A DNA stretch of 64,000 bases from Acidobacteriota bacterium (GCA_965263035.1 OZ253580.1:2944001-3008000); one strand, 5' to 3'; positions 1-9,624 are shown, counted from the first letter of the stretch. The notes: generated from the sequence alone by a model not told the origin. Numbers and translations: made by a program.

Positions 1-561
1 GTGACGGATTCGGCTCACGACTTCCGGGGAGTTCCAGACGTGCATCCCCACATGGTGCAACGCCAGTCTTCCACGGGCGTCGACGATCAGTGTGGTGGGG
101 AGTCCGGTGACCTGAAAGCGGCCTTGGAGGATCCGTTCAGGATCCGACAACAGCAGGAAGGGGTAGTCGGCGCCCGTCTCTTCGAGAAACGTCCGGACAG
201 CCCCGGGTTCCTCCCAACTCACGGCGGCAACCGCCAGACCTTCTTTGGAAAGCCTGCGATAAAGGTCGGCCAGATAGGGCATCTCCAGCCGGCAGGGTCC
301 GCACCAGGTGGCCCAGGCGTTGATCAACAGGGCCTTGCCCTTCAACTCCTGGAGGGGGACTCGCTTTCCGTCGAGGGTCGACAGCGATCCGGACAGATCC
401 AGATGCGGCCTCTCGGCGGCGGGGATCCATGATCTGTAGAGCCTGCCCTGAGACGCGGCGGCCTCGGCGCCGCAAAGCAGAAGCACTGATGGAAGAGCTA
501 CCGCCAACAGGAGACCGACGGATCCAGCGACCCTGATTCTCGCGCCCGACTGCCTGCCCAT
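1..561 (-). CDS. TlpA/ResA-like thiol-disulfide oxidoreductase (3' end runs off the window)
   Basis: Not in the ORF track. The minus-strand frame reads ...VPLQELKGKALLINAWATWCGPCRLEMPYL..., with a hydrophobic N-terminal anchor. ATG at 561 (alternative in-frame ATG at 612). Confidence 0.85.
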   Translation of the reverse strand, partial: MGRQSGARIRVAGSVGLLLAVALPSVLLLCGAEAAASQGRLYRSWIPAAERPHLDLSGSLSTLDGKRVPLQELKGKALLINAWATWCGPCRLEMPYLADLYRRLSKEGLAVAAVSWEEPGAVRTFLEETGADYPFLLLSDPERILQGRFQVTGLPTTLIVDARGRLALHHVGMHVWNSPEVVSRIRH

Positions 562-696
562 TGCCGACAACTCTATAGCAGGCCCGGAGGAGAGGAAAGA
601 GAAAAGCCACATCTCTCCATCCGTAGTAGACTGGGCGGGCCGCCGGGACCGGGGCATGAATTCGGTCCGGTTCCGGAACCCTGCGCGGACGTCGCT

Positions 697-1422
697 ATGA
701 AGGTGTCGCTGTTCGTGACCTGCCTGGTGGATCAGATCTTTCCCCAGGTGGGACTCAGCACGTTCAAGATTCTGAATCGGCTGGGGGTCGACGTCGATTT
801 CGATGAACGCCAGGCCTGTTGCGGCCAACCGGCGTTCAACGGCGGTCATTCCGAGGAGAGCCGCACCGTGGCCCGGCGATTCCTGGAAGCTTATGCCGAC
901 AGCGGCCCCGTCGTGGTTCCTTCCGGATCGTGCGCCACCATGCTCAAGGTGTTCGTCCCCACTCTTTTCCCGCCCGATTCCCGGGAGCGCCGGCTGGCCC
1001 GGGAGATCGCCGGGAGGACCTACGAGCTGTCCGACTTCCTGGTTTCGGTCCTGGGAGTGACCCGGACCGGCGCCCGCTTCCCGGAGGCCGTCACCTACCA
1101 CGACTCCTGTCACCAGCTTCGGGAATTGGGGATTGCCCGGCAGCCGCGCCTCCTGATCCAGGGCGTGGAAGGAGTCCGGTTCGTGGAAATGCCCTACGCT
1201 GCCCGATGTTGCGGGTTTGGCGGGACCTTCTCGGTCAAGTTTGCCGATGTCTCCGCTGCCATCGGAGAGGACAAGGTGGACACCATTCACGAGTCGGGCG
1301 CCCGCTACGTGGTGGCCAACGATGTCAGTTGCCTGATGCACATCGGCGGTCTGCTCCAGCGTCGGGGATCCCAGGTCCGGACCCTGCACCTGGCCGAGCT
1401 GTTGTCGAAGTTCGAGGAGTAG
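697..1422 (+). CDS. lutA: L-lactate utilization Fe-S protein LutA/LldE (CCG domains)
   Basis: MKVSLFVTCLVD start, CCGQPAFN, SGSC, YHDSCH and CCGFGGTFSVK motifs. Confidence 0.92.
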   Translation: MKVSLFVTCLVDQIFPQVGLSTFKILNRLGVDVDFDERQACCGQPAFNGGHSEESRTVARRFLEAYADSGPVVVPSGSCATMLKVFVPTLFPPDSRERRLAREIAGRTYELSDFLVSVLGVTRTGARFPEAVTYHDSCHQLRELGIARQPRLLIQGVEGVRFVEMPYAARCCGFGGTFSVKFADVSAAIGEDKVDTIHESGARYVVANDVSCLMHIGGLLQRRGSQVRTLHLAELLSKFEE

Positions 1423-1426
1423 TTGG

Positions 1427-2845
1427 ATGCAACTCAGGATCCGGCCCAACACCTCGGCGGTCTTGTCCGACGCTACGCTACAAGCCAACCTGAGGCCGGC
1501 GTTGGAAAAGTCGCTCCAGGCCCGGGACCGCGCCGTCGCTGAGGTTTCGAACTGGGAAGAGCTCCGGCAGCACGCCCGCGACGTCAAGGACCATACCCTC
1601 TCCCGCCTGGACCACTATCTCGAGGAGTTGGAGCGGAAGGTCATCGCTCAGGGCGGCAAGGTGGTCTGGGCCGACACCGGAGCCGAAGCCCTGGAGTTCA
1701 TCGTGGGCCTTCTCCAGGAGCGGGAAATCAAGAAGGTGGCCAAGAGCAAGACCATGCTGGGAGAGGAGATCCACCTCAACGAAGAGTTGGAGCGGGCCCA
1801 ACTGGACCCGGTGGAAACGGACCTGGGCGAGTACATCATCCAGCTCTCCCGGGAGACGCCCTTTCACATCGTGACCCCGGCTCTGCACAAGTCGAAGGAG
1901 GAGGTGGTCGAGCTCTTCGGCCGGGAGCTCGGCATGCCCCCCACCGATGACGTGGAGGCGATCACGGCCACGGCGCGAGCCGTCCTGCGGCGCCATTTTC
2001 TGACCGCCGGAGCCGGAATCACCGGCGTGAATTTCGGCGTCGCCGAAACCGGAACGCTGGTGGTGGTGGAAAACGAGGGGAACGTTCGTCTCTGCGCCTC
2101 CCTGCCGGAGGTGCACATCGCCATCATGGGCATCGAGAAGGTGATCCCCCGAGCCCGGGACCTGGCGGTATTTCTGAAGCTCCTCTCCCGGAGCGCCACC
2201 GGACAGAAGAGCACCAGCTACGTCAATTTCATCAACGGCCCGCGCCGGGAGGGAGAGTGGGACGGCCCGCGGGACTTCTATCTGGTGCTGGTGGACAACG
2301 GCCGGAGCCGGATTCTGGCGGATTCGGAATTGCGGCAGACGCTGGCCTGCATCCGTTGCGGCGCCTGCTTGAACGTCTGCCCCGTGTACCAGCGAATCGG
2401 CGGACACGCCTACGGCTCCACCTATCAGGGGCCCATCGGCGCCATCTTGACTCCTCAACTGACCTCGGCGGAGGCGGCGCCCGAACACCCCTTCGCGTCT
2501 TCGCTCTGCGGAGCCTGCTACGAGATCTGTCCGGTCAAGATCGAGATCCCCCATATCCTCTTGAAGCTGCGCGAGCGGGTCCAACGGAGTAAACAGCGCC
2601 TGGCCCGGCAGCTGCCGCTGGAAGCCTGGGCCATGCAGTTCTGGGCCTGGGCCATGAGTTCTCCGAAACGGTATTCGTTTCTGGGGAATTTCATGCGGCG
2701 GGTCCACCCGTTCTTGGTGAGGGATGGGAGGATGCGGGTGCCGTTGCCGCCCTTCAGCGGTTGGGACCGGTACCGGGATCTGCCGCCGTTGCCCGAAAAA
2801 AGCTTCCGCGAGCAGTTCCGGGCGCTGAACAGGGAGGGGAAGTGA
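1427..2845 (+). CDS. lutB: L-lactate utilization Fe-S protein LutB/LldF
   Basis: ETDLGEYIIQL, ENEGN, CIRCGACLNVCPVY and SLCGACYEICPVKI motifs. Confidence 0.93.
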   Translation: MQLRIRPNTSAVLSDATLQANLRPALEKSLQARDRAVAEVSNWEELRQHARDVKDHTLSRLDHYLEELERKVIAQGGKVVWADTGAEALEFIVGLLQEREIKKVAKSKTMLGEEIHLNEELERAQLDPVETDLGEYIIQLSRETPFHIVTPALHKSKEEVVELFGRELGMPPTDDVEAITATARAVLRRHFLTAGAGITGVNFGVAETGTLVVVENEGNVRLCASLPEVHIAIMGIEKVIPRARDLAVFLKLLSRSATGQKSTSYVNFINGPRREGEWDGPRDFYLVLVDNGRSRILADSELRQTLACIRCGACLNVCPVYQRIGGHAYGSTYQGPIGAILTPQLTSAEAAPEHPFASSLCGACYEICPVKIEIPHILLKLRERVQRSKQRLARQLPLEAWAMQFWAWAMSSPKRYSFLGNFMRRVHPFLVRDGRMRVPLPPFSGWDRYRDLPPLPEKSFREQFRALNREGK

Positions 2846-3537
2846 GTCGCCCGAGGATCATGCAGAAGGTCCGTGCGGCCTGCGGCGTCAAGCCGCCCGC
2901 CCCCCTGCCGGCCGGATATCCCGAGGCCCCCAGGTTCCAAGACCCGGTGGGAGTCTTCCGCCGGGAATTGGAGGCGGTCGGAGGCGTGTTTCTGGATGCC
3001 CGGGAGCGGAACCCGGCGGAGGTGCTCTCCCAGGTCCTGCAGCAGACGGGGCATACGGAGGTCTTCTGGGAAGAAGAGAAGATATTCATCAAGCACGGCT
3101 TGCCCTACAGGCTGCGCCTGCCCGAGTCGTTCTCCACTCCCCACCTGGTCTTCAGCTACCACTACCAGGGACGGGTCCGGCTTCCGATCACACTGGCCGC
3201 CCGCTCCATCGAACGGGACCGGTTGGCCGCGATTCCCGTCTCCGCCTCCAGTGCCGCGTTCGGCATCGCCGAGACCGGGACCGTCGTGCAAACCGTAGGG
3301 CCGGGCCGGGGGCGCCTGCTCAACGTTCTTCCCGAGACCCATATCGTCTTTTTGGCGGAGGGGGACCTCCTCTCGAACCTGGACCAGCTCTTCGAACGGG
3401 TTCAGCCGGGAGAGGAGGGAAGCGCGCTCACCCTGGTCACGGGTCCGAGCCGGACCGCGGACATCGGGAAGGTGCTGGTCAAGGGGATGCACGGTCCCCG
3501 GAGATGGTTCGTGATCCTCACGGAGGGAGCCGGATGA
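2842..3537 (+). CDS. lutC: LutC/LldG (LUD domain) protein
   Basis: GIAETGTVV and TGPSRTADI...GMHGP motifs. The GTG start overlaps the lutB stop (GTGA). Confidence 0.88.
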   Translation: MSRPRIMQKVRAACGVKPPAPLPAGYPEAPRFQDPVGVFRRELEAVGGVFLDARERNPAEVLSQVLQQTGHTEVFWEEEKIFIKHGLPYRLRLPESFSTPHLVFSYHYQGRVRLPITLAARSIERDRLAAIPVSASSAAFGIAETGTVVQTVGPGRGRLLNVLPETHIVFLAEGDLLSNLDQLFERVQPGEEGSALTLVTGPSRTADIGKVLVKGMHGPRRWFVILTEGAG

Positions 3538-3977
3538 GCCGTAGCGGAGCGAAGCGCGTTGCGGGCCGGCACACCATCGTCAAGCGCCTGCACTTTTGCT
3601 ATGGCCACCGGCTGTTGGATTACGACGGCAAGTGTGCGTTCGCCCACGGCCACAATGGAATCCTGGAGATCGAGCTGTCCAGCGGTGGGTTGGACCATCG
3701 GGGCATGGTCTACGATTTCGGCGACGTGAAGAAAGAAGTGTCTCGCTTCATCGACGGCCAGCTGGATCACCGGATGCTTCTCCGGGAGGACGACCCCCTC
3801 ATCGAAGCGTTGCGCGGGGTGGGGGAGAGTCCCTACGTGATGAAGTCGAATCCCACTGCCGAGAACATCGCCAAGCTCATTTTCCACGAAGCCCGGGCTC
3901 GCCGCCTTCCGGTGACGGCGGTGCGGCTCTGGGAAACGCATGACGCCTTCGCCGAGTACCGCGCGGATGACGACTGA
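3534..3977 (+). CDS. queD: 6-carboxytetrahydropterin synthase (QueD/PTPS family)
   Basis: FCYGHRL, KCAFAHGHN, DFGDVK, LDH, NPTAENIA and LWET motifs. ATGA overlap with lutC. Confidence 0.88.
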   Translation: MSRSGAKRVAGRHTIVKRLHFCYGHRLLDYDGKCAFAHGHNGILEIELSSGGLDHRGMVYDFGDVKKEVSRFIDGQLDHRMLLREDDPLIEALRGVGESPYVMKSNPTAENIAKLIFHEARARRLPVTAVRLWETHDAFAEYRADDD

Positions 3978-4635
3978 TCGCACGGCCGTCCTGGTGAGCG
4001 GCGGACTGGACAGTTGCGTGATGCTGGTCTCGCTGGCCCGGTCGGCCCGCCGGGTCACTCCCGTCTACGTCAAATGCGGTCTGGTCTGGGAAGGTGAGGA
4101 GCTGGATCGGCTGAACGCTTTCCTGGAAGGCGTGGCCGATCCTCGAATCGACCCGGTGCAGGTTCTGGACCTGCCCATGAGCGATGTCTACGGCGGGTTA
4201 TGGCATACCTCGGGCGTCGGGATTCCCGGCTTCCATGAGGCGGACGAGCGATGGGAGATCGCGGGCCGAAATCTGGTCCTCATGGTCAAGGCGTCGGTGT
4301 GGTGCCGCCTCAACTCCGTCGGCGGGATCGCCTTGGGCATTCTGGGCAGCAATCCCTTCTCCGACGCCACACCCGAGTTCTTCGAGGGCCTGGAGCGGAC
4401 TCTGAGTCGAGGTCTGGATTTTCCGCTCCGTCTTCTGAGGCCTCTCGCGGGCATGTCCAAGGCCGAAGTGATTCGGTTGGGGCAGGATCTCCCGCTTGAG
4501 CTGACACTCAGTTGCGCCGAGGCTCGGAAGGGTGTGCACTGTGGCGTCTGTGGGAAGTGCAAGGAACGGATCGAGGCCTTTGCCGAATCAGGGATCCCCG
4601 ATCCCACGGCCTACGCCGCCCCGCCGCCGGTTTGA
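3967..4635 (+). CDS. queC: QueC-like PP-loop ATPase (7-cyano-7-deazaguanine synthase family, divergent)
   Basis: SGGLDS PP-loop, GRN, and TLSC...HCGVCGKCKER zinc site. The canonical YPDC is replaced by PFSDA. Confidence 0.75.
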   Translation: MTTDRTAVLVSGGLDSCVMLVSLARSARRVTPVYVKCGLVWEGEELDRLNAFLEGVADPRIDPVQVLDLPMSDVYGGLWHTSGVGIPGFHEADERWEIAGRNLVLMVKASVWCRLNSVGGIALGILGSNPFSDATPEFFEGLERTLSRGLDFPLRLLRPLAGMSKAEVIRLGQDLPLELTLSCAEARKGVHCGVCGKCKERIEAFAESGIPDPTAYAAPPPV

Positions 4636-4669
4636 AACCGGCGTTTCCGCCGACCACCCTGCTTGCTAG

Positions 4670-4828
4670 CAGCCCGCGGCAAAAATCGTCACGGCATTCG
4701 ACCGTCCCTGCAGCGTGCGTGGACTGCGTTGCGACTCGGTCGCATACTCCCGGCATGCTCCCTCATCGCGCCTGGTCCGGCGGGCGCAGGAACGGCCTCG
4801 GTGCTCGCGGGACTTTCGCCACGGACTG
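4670..4828. mobile_element. MITE family A, copy 1 (159 bp)
   Basis: Imperfect TIRs CAGCCCGCGGCAAAAATC / GACTTTCGCCACGGACTG, CTAG on both flanks (4666-4669, 4829-4832), homologous to 59730-59888. Confidence 0.85.
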
Positions 4829-5620
4829 CTAGAATTTGCCTGTCCGGCGCTCCCTCGAGGGCATGATCTCCAGGCAGGTGGTCCACCACCCGGTCTGCGT
4901 CGTCTCCACGAATTCCTCCGGCAGCCCTTCGTCCCGCATCTCCCGGGCCAGCCGCCGGTGATCGTATCGGAGCGGGCGAAACTCGAATCTGAAGTCGGAG
5001 CCGTCCGCTTCCAGGAGGGTGTACCAGACGTTGGTGCGGCCGTCGTTCTCGGGGCGGCCGATGACCCCCACGTTGAAGAAATGTTTATGGCCGGGCAGTT
5101 CCCGATGCCACTTCAATCCGGTATGGGTGCAACAGAGGACGGCCGCCCCGGCGCTGTCCAGAAAACCGGAGAGCAGATGGTCGGGCGAGGTGCTGTCCCA
5201 CAGGAACTCGTTGACCCGCCGGGGAGACCCGTGGCACAGGCGGACCTGCAGCGGGCCCAGTTCGAAACCGAGGCTGGAAGGGAGCGTTCCCAGCCAATCC
5301 TTGTTTTCCCTGGAGGTGTTCAGGAAGGTGTAGTCGTAGCTGATGCGGGCGAAATGGTTGTCGGCGGGGTCGGTGTAGCCGCAGCCGCAGTCCTCATTGC
5401 CCTGCGCCAGCGAAAGGTCGTAGTTCCCGGCGATGCTCTGGATCTCGCCGGACCGCAGAAGCGGAAAGGACCGATCGGGGTGGGGTCCGAATCCCCCCAT
5501 GTCGCCCAGGCAGAAGATGGCGTCGACTTGGGATGCCCGGCATTCCCGGACCAATTCGCCTAGCGCCAGGTAGTTGTTGTAGACCCCTCCAAAAAGAGCG
5601 ACTCTCCGATAGCTCTGCAT
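4829..5620 (-). CDS. Metallophosphoesterase family protein with DCGCGY motif
   Basis: CLGDMGGFGP, GNYD, CHGSP, HTG and NVGVIG calcineurin-like motifs. Alternative GTG start at 5647. Confidence 0.85.
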   Translation of the reverse strand: MQSYRRVALFGGVYNNYLALGELVRECRASQVDAIFCLGDMGGFGPHPDRSFPLLRSGEIQSIAGNYDLSLAQGNEDCGCGYTDPADNHFARISYDYTFLNTSRENKDWLGTLPSSLGFELGPLQVRLCHGSPRRVNEFLWDSTSPDHLLSGFLDSAGAAVLCCTHTGLKWHRELPGHKHFFNVGVIGRPENDGRTNVWYTLLEADGSDFRFEFRPLRYDHRRLAREMRDEGLPEEFVETTQTGWWTTCLEIMPSRERRTGKF

Positions 5621-5750
5621 GGCCGCCGGCCCGTCAGGCTCTCTCACTTCTCACTCCCGCGTTCGTCATCCAAGAAGTTCCCCCACCGGCCGCGCCCGCA
5701 ACGCGTACACTTCTCACCCGTCTTCACTCTTTCCTGTTTCCCTCTGTTTC

Positions 5751-6620
5751 TCAGAAGTTCTTGCAGGTCATGCCGGTGACGTAGCAGGTATGGCAGGAGG
5801 AATGGTAAAGGGAGCAGTCCCGGAGGCCTCCCTCCAGGTCATCCGCCAATCGGGCTTCCGGCTCGCCCACCAGGATGGGGCAGGCATAGACTCCGTCGTG
5901 CGCCACGATTCGCGAAGACGAACATTGAAGGGCGTCCGGGTCCAGCTCGCGGAGCATCTCTGGCGTCACGGGGCGCTGGCCGGAGGGAGTGGGCAGCATT
6001 CCCATTTCGAAGATGGGGATGACCTTGATCCGGGGCCGGTCGATACCAAAGGACCGGAGCAGTTTCACGTAGCGGCCGTGAAGGTCGCGCTCTCCCCCCC
6101 GCGGGTCCAGGTAGTCCCGCATCTCGGTGACCGTGAGGATGGGCAGGAATCCGCGGTCATAGAGCAGCTTGTACGCCTTCAGGGCCTTGCGGAACGTTCC
6201 GTTGCCGCGAATGGCGTCGTTTCGCGCCTCTTCGTAGTCGTCGATGCTGATGCGGATCTCGAGGGAGAAGCGGGAGCCGTCCGCGATTCGCCGCAGCCGT
6301 TCCGCTTTCGCCTGATCGATGAGGACGCCGTTGGTCAGCACGGACACCGGGAAATCCCGGAGGGCGCATTCGAGTATGGACAGGAAGGACCGGTGAATGA
6401 AGGGCTCGCCGCCGGTGAAGTAGATCTCCTTGACCCCCATTCTCCGGGCATCGTCCAAATAGCGGAAGATGCGGGGGGCTTCCATCAGCTCCAGGGCGTG
6501 GTTGTCCGGGGCGCAACTGATGAAGCAGTGATTGCAGCGAAGGTTGCAGAGGGTCCCGGCGATCTGGAACCAGAGCGTGTCCAGATGCTGGAGGGGGAGC
6601 GAGGGAGGCACCAAGGCCAT
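5751..6620 (-). CDS. Radical SAM protein with Cys-rich C-terminus
   Basis: CNLRCNHC, FTGGEPF and LTNG motifs, C-terminal C...CP...CHTCYVTGMTC. Likely start ATG 6620; the longer ORF from 7889 overlaps the upstream gene. Confidence 0.9.
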   Translation of the reverse strand: MALVPPSLPLQHLDTLWFQIAGTLCNLRCNHCFISCAPDNHALELMEAPRIFRYLDDARRMGVKEIYFTGGEPFIHRSFLSILECALRDFPVSVLTNGVLIDQAKAERLRRIADGSRFSLEIRISIDDYEEARNDAIRGNGTFRKALKAYKLLYDRGFLPILTVTEMRDYLDPRGGERDLHGRYVKLLRSFGIDRPRIKVIPIFEMGMLPTPSGQRPVTPEMLRELDPDALQCSSSRIVAHDGVYACPILVGEPEARLADDLEGGLRDCSLYHSSCHTCYVTGMTCKNF

Positions 6621-6628
6621 ACTGTCAT

Positions 6629-9304
6629 TTAAGCCGGCTTGCGGGCCGGGATCAACTGCTCCACGGATTGGAAGATGCGTTGGGTCGCCTCCTGATAGTC
6701 CTCCGGCTCCGGCAGAAAGGGCTTGCCGAACGTGATCTCCACCGGGTGGAGACGGATTCGGTTGGAGCCGCGGCGCCAGGCTTCGTAGGTCCCCTTGATT
6801 CCCACCGGGACTACGGGAACCCTCAGTTCCGTGGAGAGGATGGCGGGTCCCTTGCGGAACGGCTTCAGGCGGCCGTCGATGGAGCGGGTGCCCTCTGGGA
6901 AGACGCACAGGACTTTTCCCTTCTTGAGCCCCTCGGCGCCCAGGCGCAGGGCTTGACGGAGATAGCGGTCCGCGTCCACCGGCACCACTTTGAGGAAACG
7001 GCCCACCAACGACGTGAATCGGCCTATGAAGTAGTCGCTGTAGCCCAGAAAGAAGATCCGCCGGGTCAGACGGTAGGGCAGCACGGCCGCCACCAGGAAG
7101 GCGTCCAGATAGCTGAGGTGGTTGGGACAGAGCATGAACGGATACTCTCGCGGCAGGTTCTCGGCGCCGCGGGTCTTGATGCGGAAGAGGATCCGGGCCA
7201 GGGTGTGGACGGTCTTGGCCGTGGCGTAGAAGGCCAGGTCCGACAGACGCCCGTGGCCCAGGGTCTTGCGCATGAGGACCGCATCCTGTCCTTCCAGGGG
7301 GTTCGCCAGGATCTCTCCCCAGGAAAGCCAGGAACTCCCGTCGGCTTCGGAGTCGGGCGATTCGGCTCCGTCCAGGGCCCGGACCAAATCGTCGACGGTG
7401 AGAATCTCGGCCGCCGCCTCGTCGGAGATTCGGACCCCGAAAGTGTCCTGCAGGCTCGACAGGAACTCGACTCTTTCCAGCGAATCGAAACCGAGGTCCA
7501 ATTCCAGGTTCATCTCCCTGTGGATGAGGGGCGCCTTGCGGGTCCGGCGAAGCAGCTCGAAGATTCGTTCCTCGGTGGGAGTCTCGGGCGCGCTGGCAGC
7601 TTCGAAGCGGGCCGGGGACTCGCTTGCGGCGCTGGCCTCGACCTCCCGTTGGAGGACGAAGCGTTTGATCTTCCGGGTCGTGGTCCGGGGGAGAGGCTCG
7701 GTCCGAATGGCGAAGCTGTGGACTCGCTTGTAGGGGGGCAACTGCTGGGAGATCCCTTCCAGCAGGTAGTGGATCATCTCCTGCGAATTGACCACCTGAT
7801 TGCTGCGCAGCACGTCGAAGTCGGGGACGATCACGGCGTGGAGCCGTTCCTGAATCTCGCCTTCGGGCGTCTGGACGCCCAGCACGCACATTTCCTTGAT
7901 GTAGGGACAGTGGCTCTGGTAGTGGTGCTCCACCTCTTCGGGGAAGACGTTCTTTCCCGAGGGCAGGACGATCATCTCCTTGTCACGCCCGGTGATGTAG
8001 AGGCTCCCGGATGCGGACACGTAGCCCAGATCGCCGCTGTCGAGCCAGCCGTCCCGAAAGGTCTTCTCCGTCTCTTCGGGATTCCTCCAGTACCCGTGCA
8101 TGATGTTCTCGCCCCGGATCAGGACGCGTCCGATCCCGTCCGGATCGGGGTCCTGAATTCGGATCTGGACGTGCGGAAGAGGCATTCCGACCGAACCCAA
8201 CTCCCGGGTGGAGGGTGGGTTCAGCGTGGCCAGGGCCGCCGTCTCGGTCATCCCGTAGGCCTGGATGATGGTGAAGCCCAGATCTCGCAACGACAGGGCC
8301 ACCTTCTCGTCGAAGCGGGCGCCGCCGACGCCGAAGTAACGGAATTGGAGTCCGAACTTGCTGTGCAGAGGCCGGAACAGGGTGCGTCCCGGGTTGAAAC
8401 CGAGTTTTCGGTTGCAGAATCGGGAAAAGGCCAGGAGGCAGCGAAAAAGGATTCTGCGCACCAGCGGCTGTTTTCCGATCTCCTGGAGGATGCGCCGGTG
8501 AAGCAGGTAGTAGAACTGGGGCACGCAGACGAAGATGGTGATCAGCTCCTCTCGAAACGCCCGCAGCACCCGCTGGGCTTCCAGGGTGTCCAGATAGGTC
8601 ACCCTCGCTCCCGCGTAGAGAGGGATGATGAAATTGGCGACCAGAGCCAGCACGTGATAGAGCGGGAGGACCGAAAGGATGTGGTCTTGGGAGGAGACCT
8701 GAATCATCTTCAGGAGCTCGCCCATGTTCCGGTACACGTTTCGGCGGCTCAGGACCACACCCTTGGGATTGCCGGTGGTGCCGCTCGTGTACAGGATGAG
8801 GAAAGGTTCGTCGGCCCCTCTTTCGACCAGAGGCATGGAAGCGGTTCCGTCGAATTCTTCCAGCACCCGGTCCCATTGGTTCTCCGCCTCGGGAATCTCG
8901 CCCACTGCCAGGATCGGAAGGGTATAGCCCAGGTGTTCCCAGATCGGCGCCAGCCGCGGATGGAAACGTTCCGAGCAGATCACGAACTGGCACCCGGCAT
9001 GCTCGAGGAGATAGGCCAGAGTTTCATCCGTGTGAAGGACGTCGAAGGGCGCCATCACGGCGCCGGTGCTCTGGGCCGCCAGGAAAGCGATTCCCCACCG
9101 CGGATGGTTCTCCATGAGGATGGCCACCTTGTCCCCCTCCCGGACGCCGTGGTGCTGCAGGAAAAGGGCGATGGAGGAGACTTCCCGTCCGACCCGGCGG
9201 TAGGTGAAGACTTCCCGCCCCTCATCGTTGATGCCCTGCAGGGCGACTTGGTCCGGGATGGCGTCCAGGTGACGGTCCAACTGGCTGAAGAAATGGAGAT
9301 TCAT
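6629..9304 (-). CDS. Long-chain acyl-CoA/AMP ligase - ACP - PlsC acyltransferase fusion
   Basis: YTSGTTGNPKG, YGMTE and SGDLG (AMP-binding); LGFDSL (phosphopantetheine Ser); NHLSYLD and FPEGTRS (acyltransferase). Confidence 0.92.
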   Translation of the reverse strand: MNLHFFSQLDRHLDAIPDQVALQGINDEGREVFTYRRVGREVSSIALFLQHHGVREGDKVAILMENHPRWGIAFLAAQSTGAVMAPFDVLHTDETLAYLLEHAGCQFVICSERFHPRLAPIWEHLGYTLPILAVGEIPEAENQWDRVLEEFDGTASMPLVERGADEPFLILYTSGTTGNPKGVVLSRRNVYRNMGELLKMIQVSSQDHILSVLPLYHVLALVANFIIPLYAGARVTYLDTLEAQRVLRAFREELITIFVCVPQFYYLLHRRILQEIGKQPLVRRILFRCLLAFSRFCNRKLGFNPGRTLFRPLHSKFGLQFRYFGVGGARFDEKVALSLRDLGFTIIQAYGMTETAALATLNPPSTRELGSVGMPLPHVQIRIQDPDPDGIGRVLIRGENIMHGYWRNPEETEKTFRDGWLDSGDLGYVSASGSLYITGRDKEMIVLPSGKNVFPEEVEHHYQSHCPYIKEMCVLGVQTPEGEIQERLHAVIVPDFDVLRSNQVVNSQEMIHYLLEGISQQLPPYKRVHSFAIRTEPLPRTTTRKIKRFVLQREVEASAASESPARFEAASAPETPTEERIFELLRRTRKAPLIHREMNLELDLGFDSLERVEFLSSLQDTFGVRISDEAAAEILTVDDLVRALDGAESPDSEADGSSWLSWGEILANPLEGQDAVLMRKTLGHGRLSDLAFYATAKTVHTLARILFRIKTRGAENLPREYPFMLCPNHLSYLDAFLVAAVLPYRLTRRIFFLGYSDYFIGRFTSLVGRFLKVVPVDADRYLRQALRLGAEGLKKGKVLCVFPEGTRSIDGRLKPFRKGPAILSTELRVPVVPVGIKGTYEAWRRGSNRIRLHPVEITFGKPFLPEPEDYQEATQRIFQSVEQLIPARKPA

Positions 9305-9624
9305 GCGTTTGCGTACAGAGTTGATCGTAGCATGGACCGGTTTGAAGGGGCGACTTTTAGTCGCTCCTTCTTCCACGCGCCCATGCAACATGGGAGTTTC
9401 GGCGGCTGGAAAGTTGCCGCCCCTGCGGAATTAATGTCAGGGGTGACCAGTTACAATCCGTCCTTGAGAAGGGCGTCCCTTGTCCCATCCGAGATTCATC
9501 AGCCTCTCTCCAATCAACTCGGCAGCGCCCTTCTCAGCCCCTGCCGTCCTCAAACGAGTCACTTCGATAGGGAGAGGCTGTTCGTCACCCGCCTGCGGCA
9601 TCGCGCCGGACGAGAACGCCCCGA

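Noticed and set aside
1-610. ORFs 1..432 (+) and 137..610 (-) from the track
   Set aside because: Wrong frames; the real gene is the WCGPC redoxin in another minus-strand frame
3534-4635. queC/queD as a dpd DNA-modification or QatABCD defence system
   Set aside because: No dpdA/tgt-like, TatD or associated ATPase genes nearby; the context is metabolic
6621-7889. Long N-terminal extension of the radical SAM ORF
   Set aside because: Out-of-frame overlap with the acyl-ligase gene, Arg/Pro/Gly-rich junk composition; a plausible start exists at 6620
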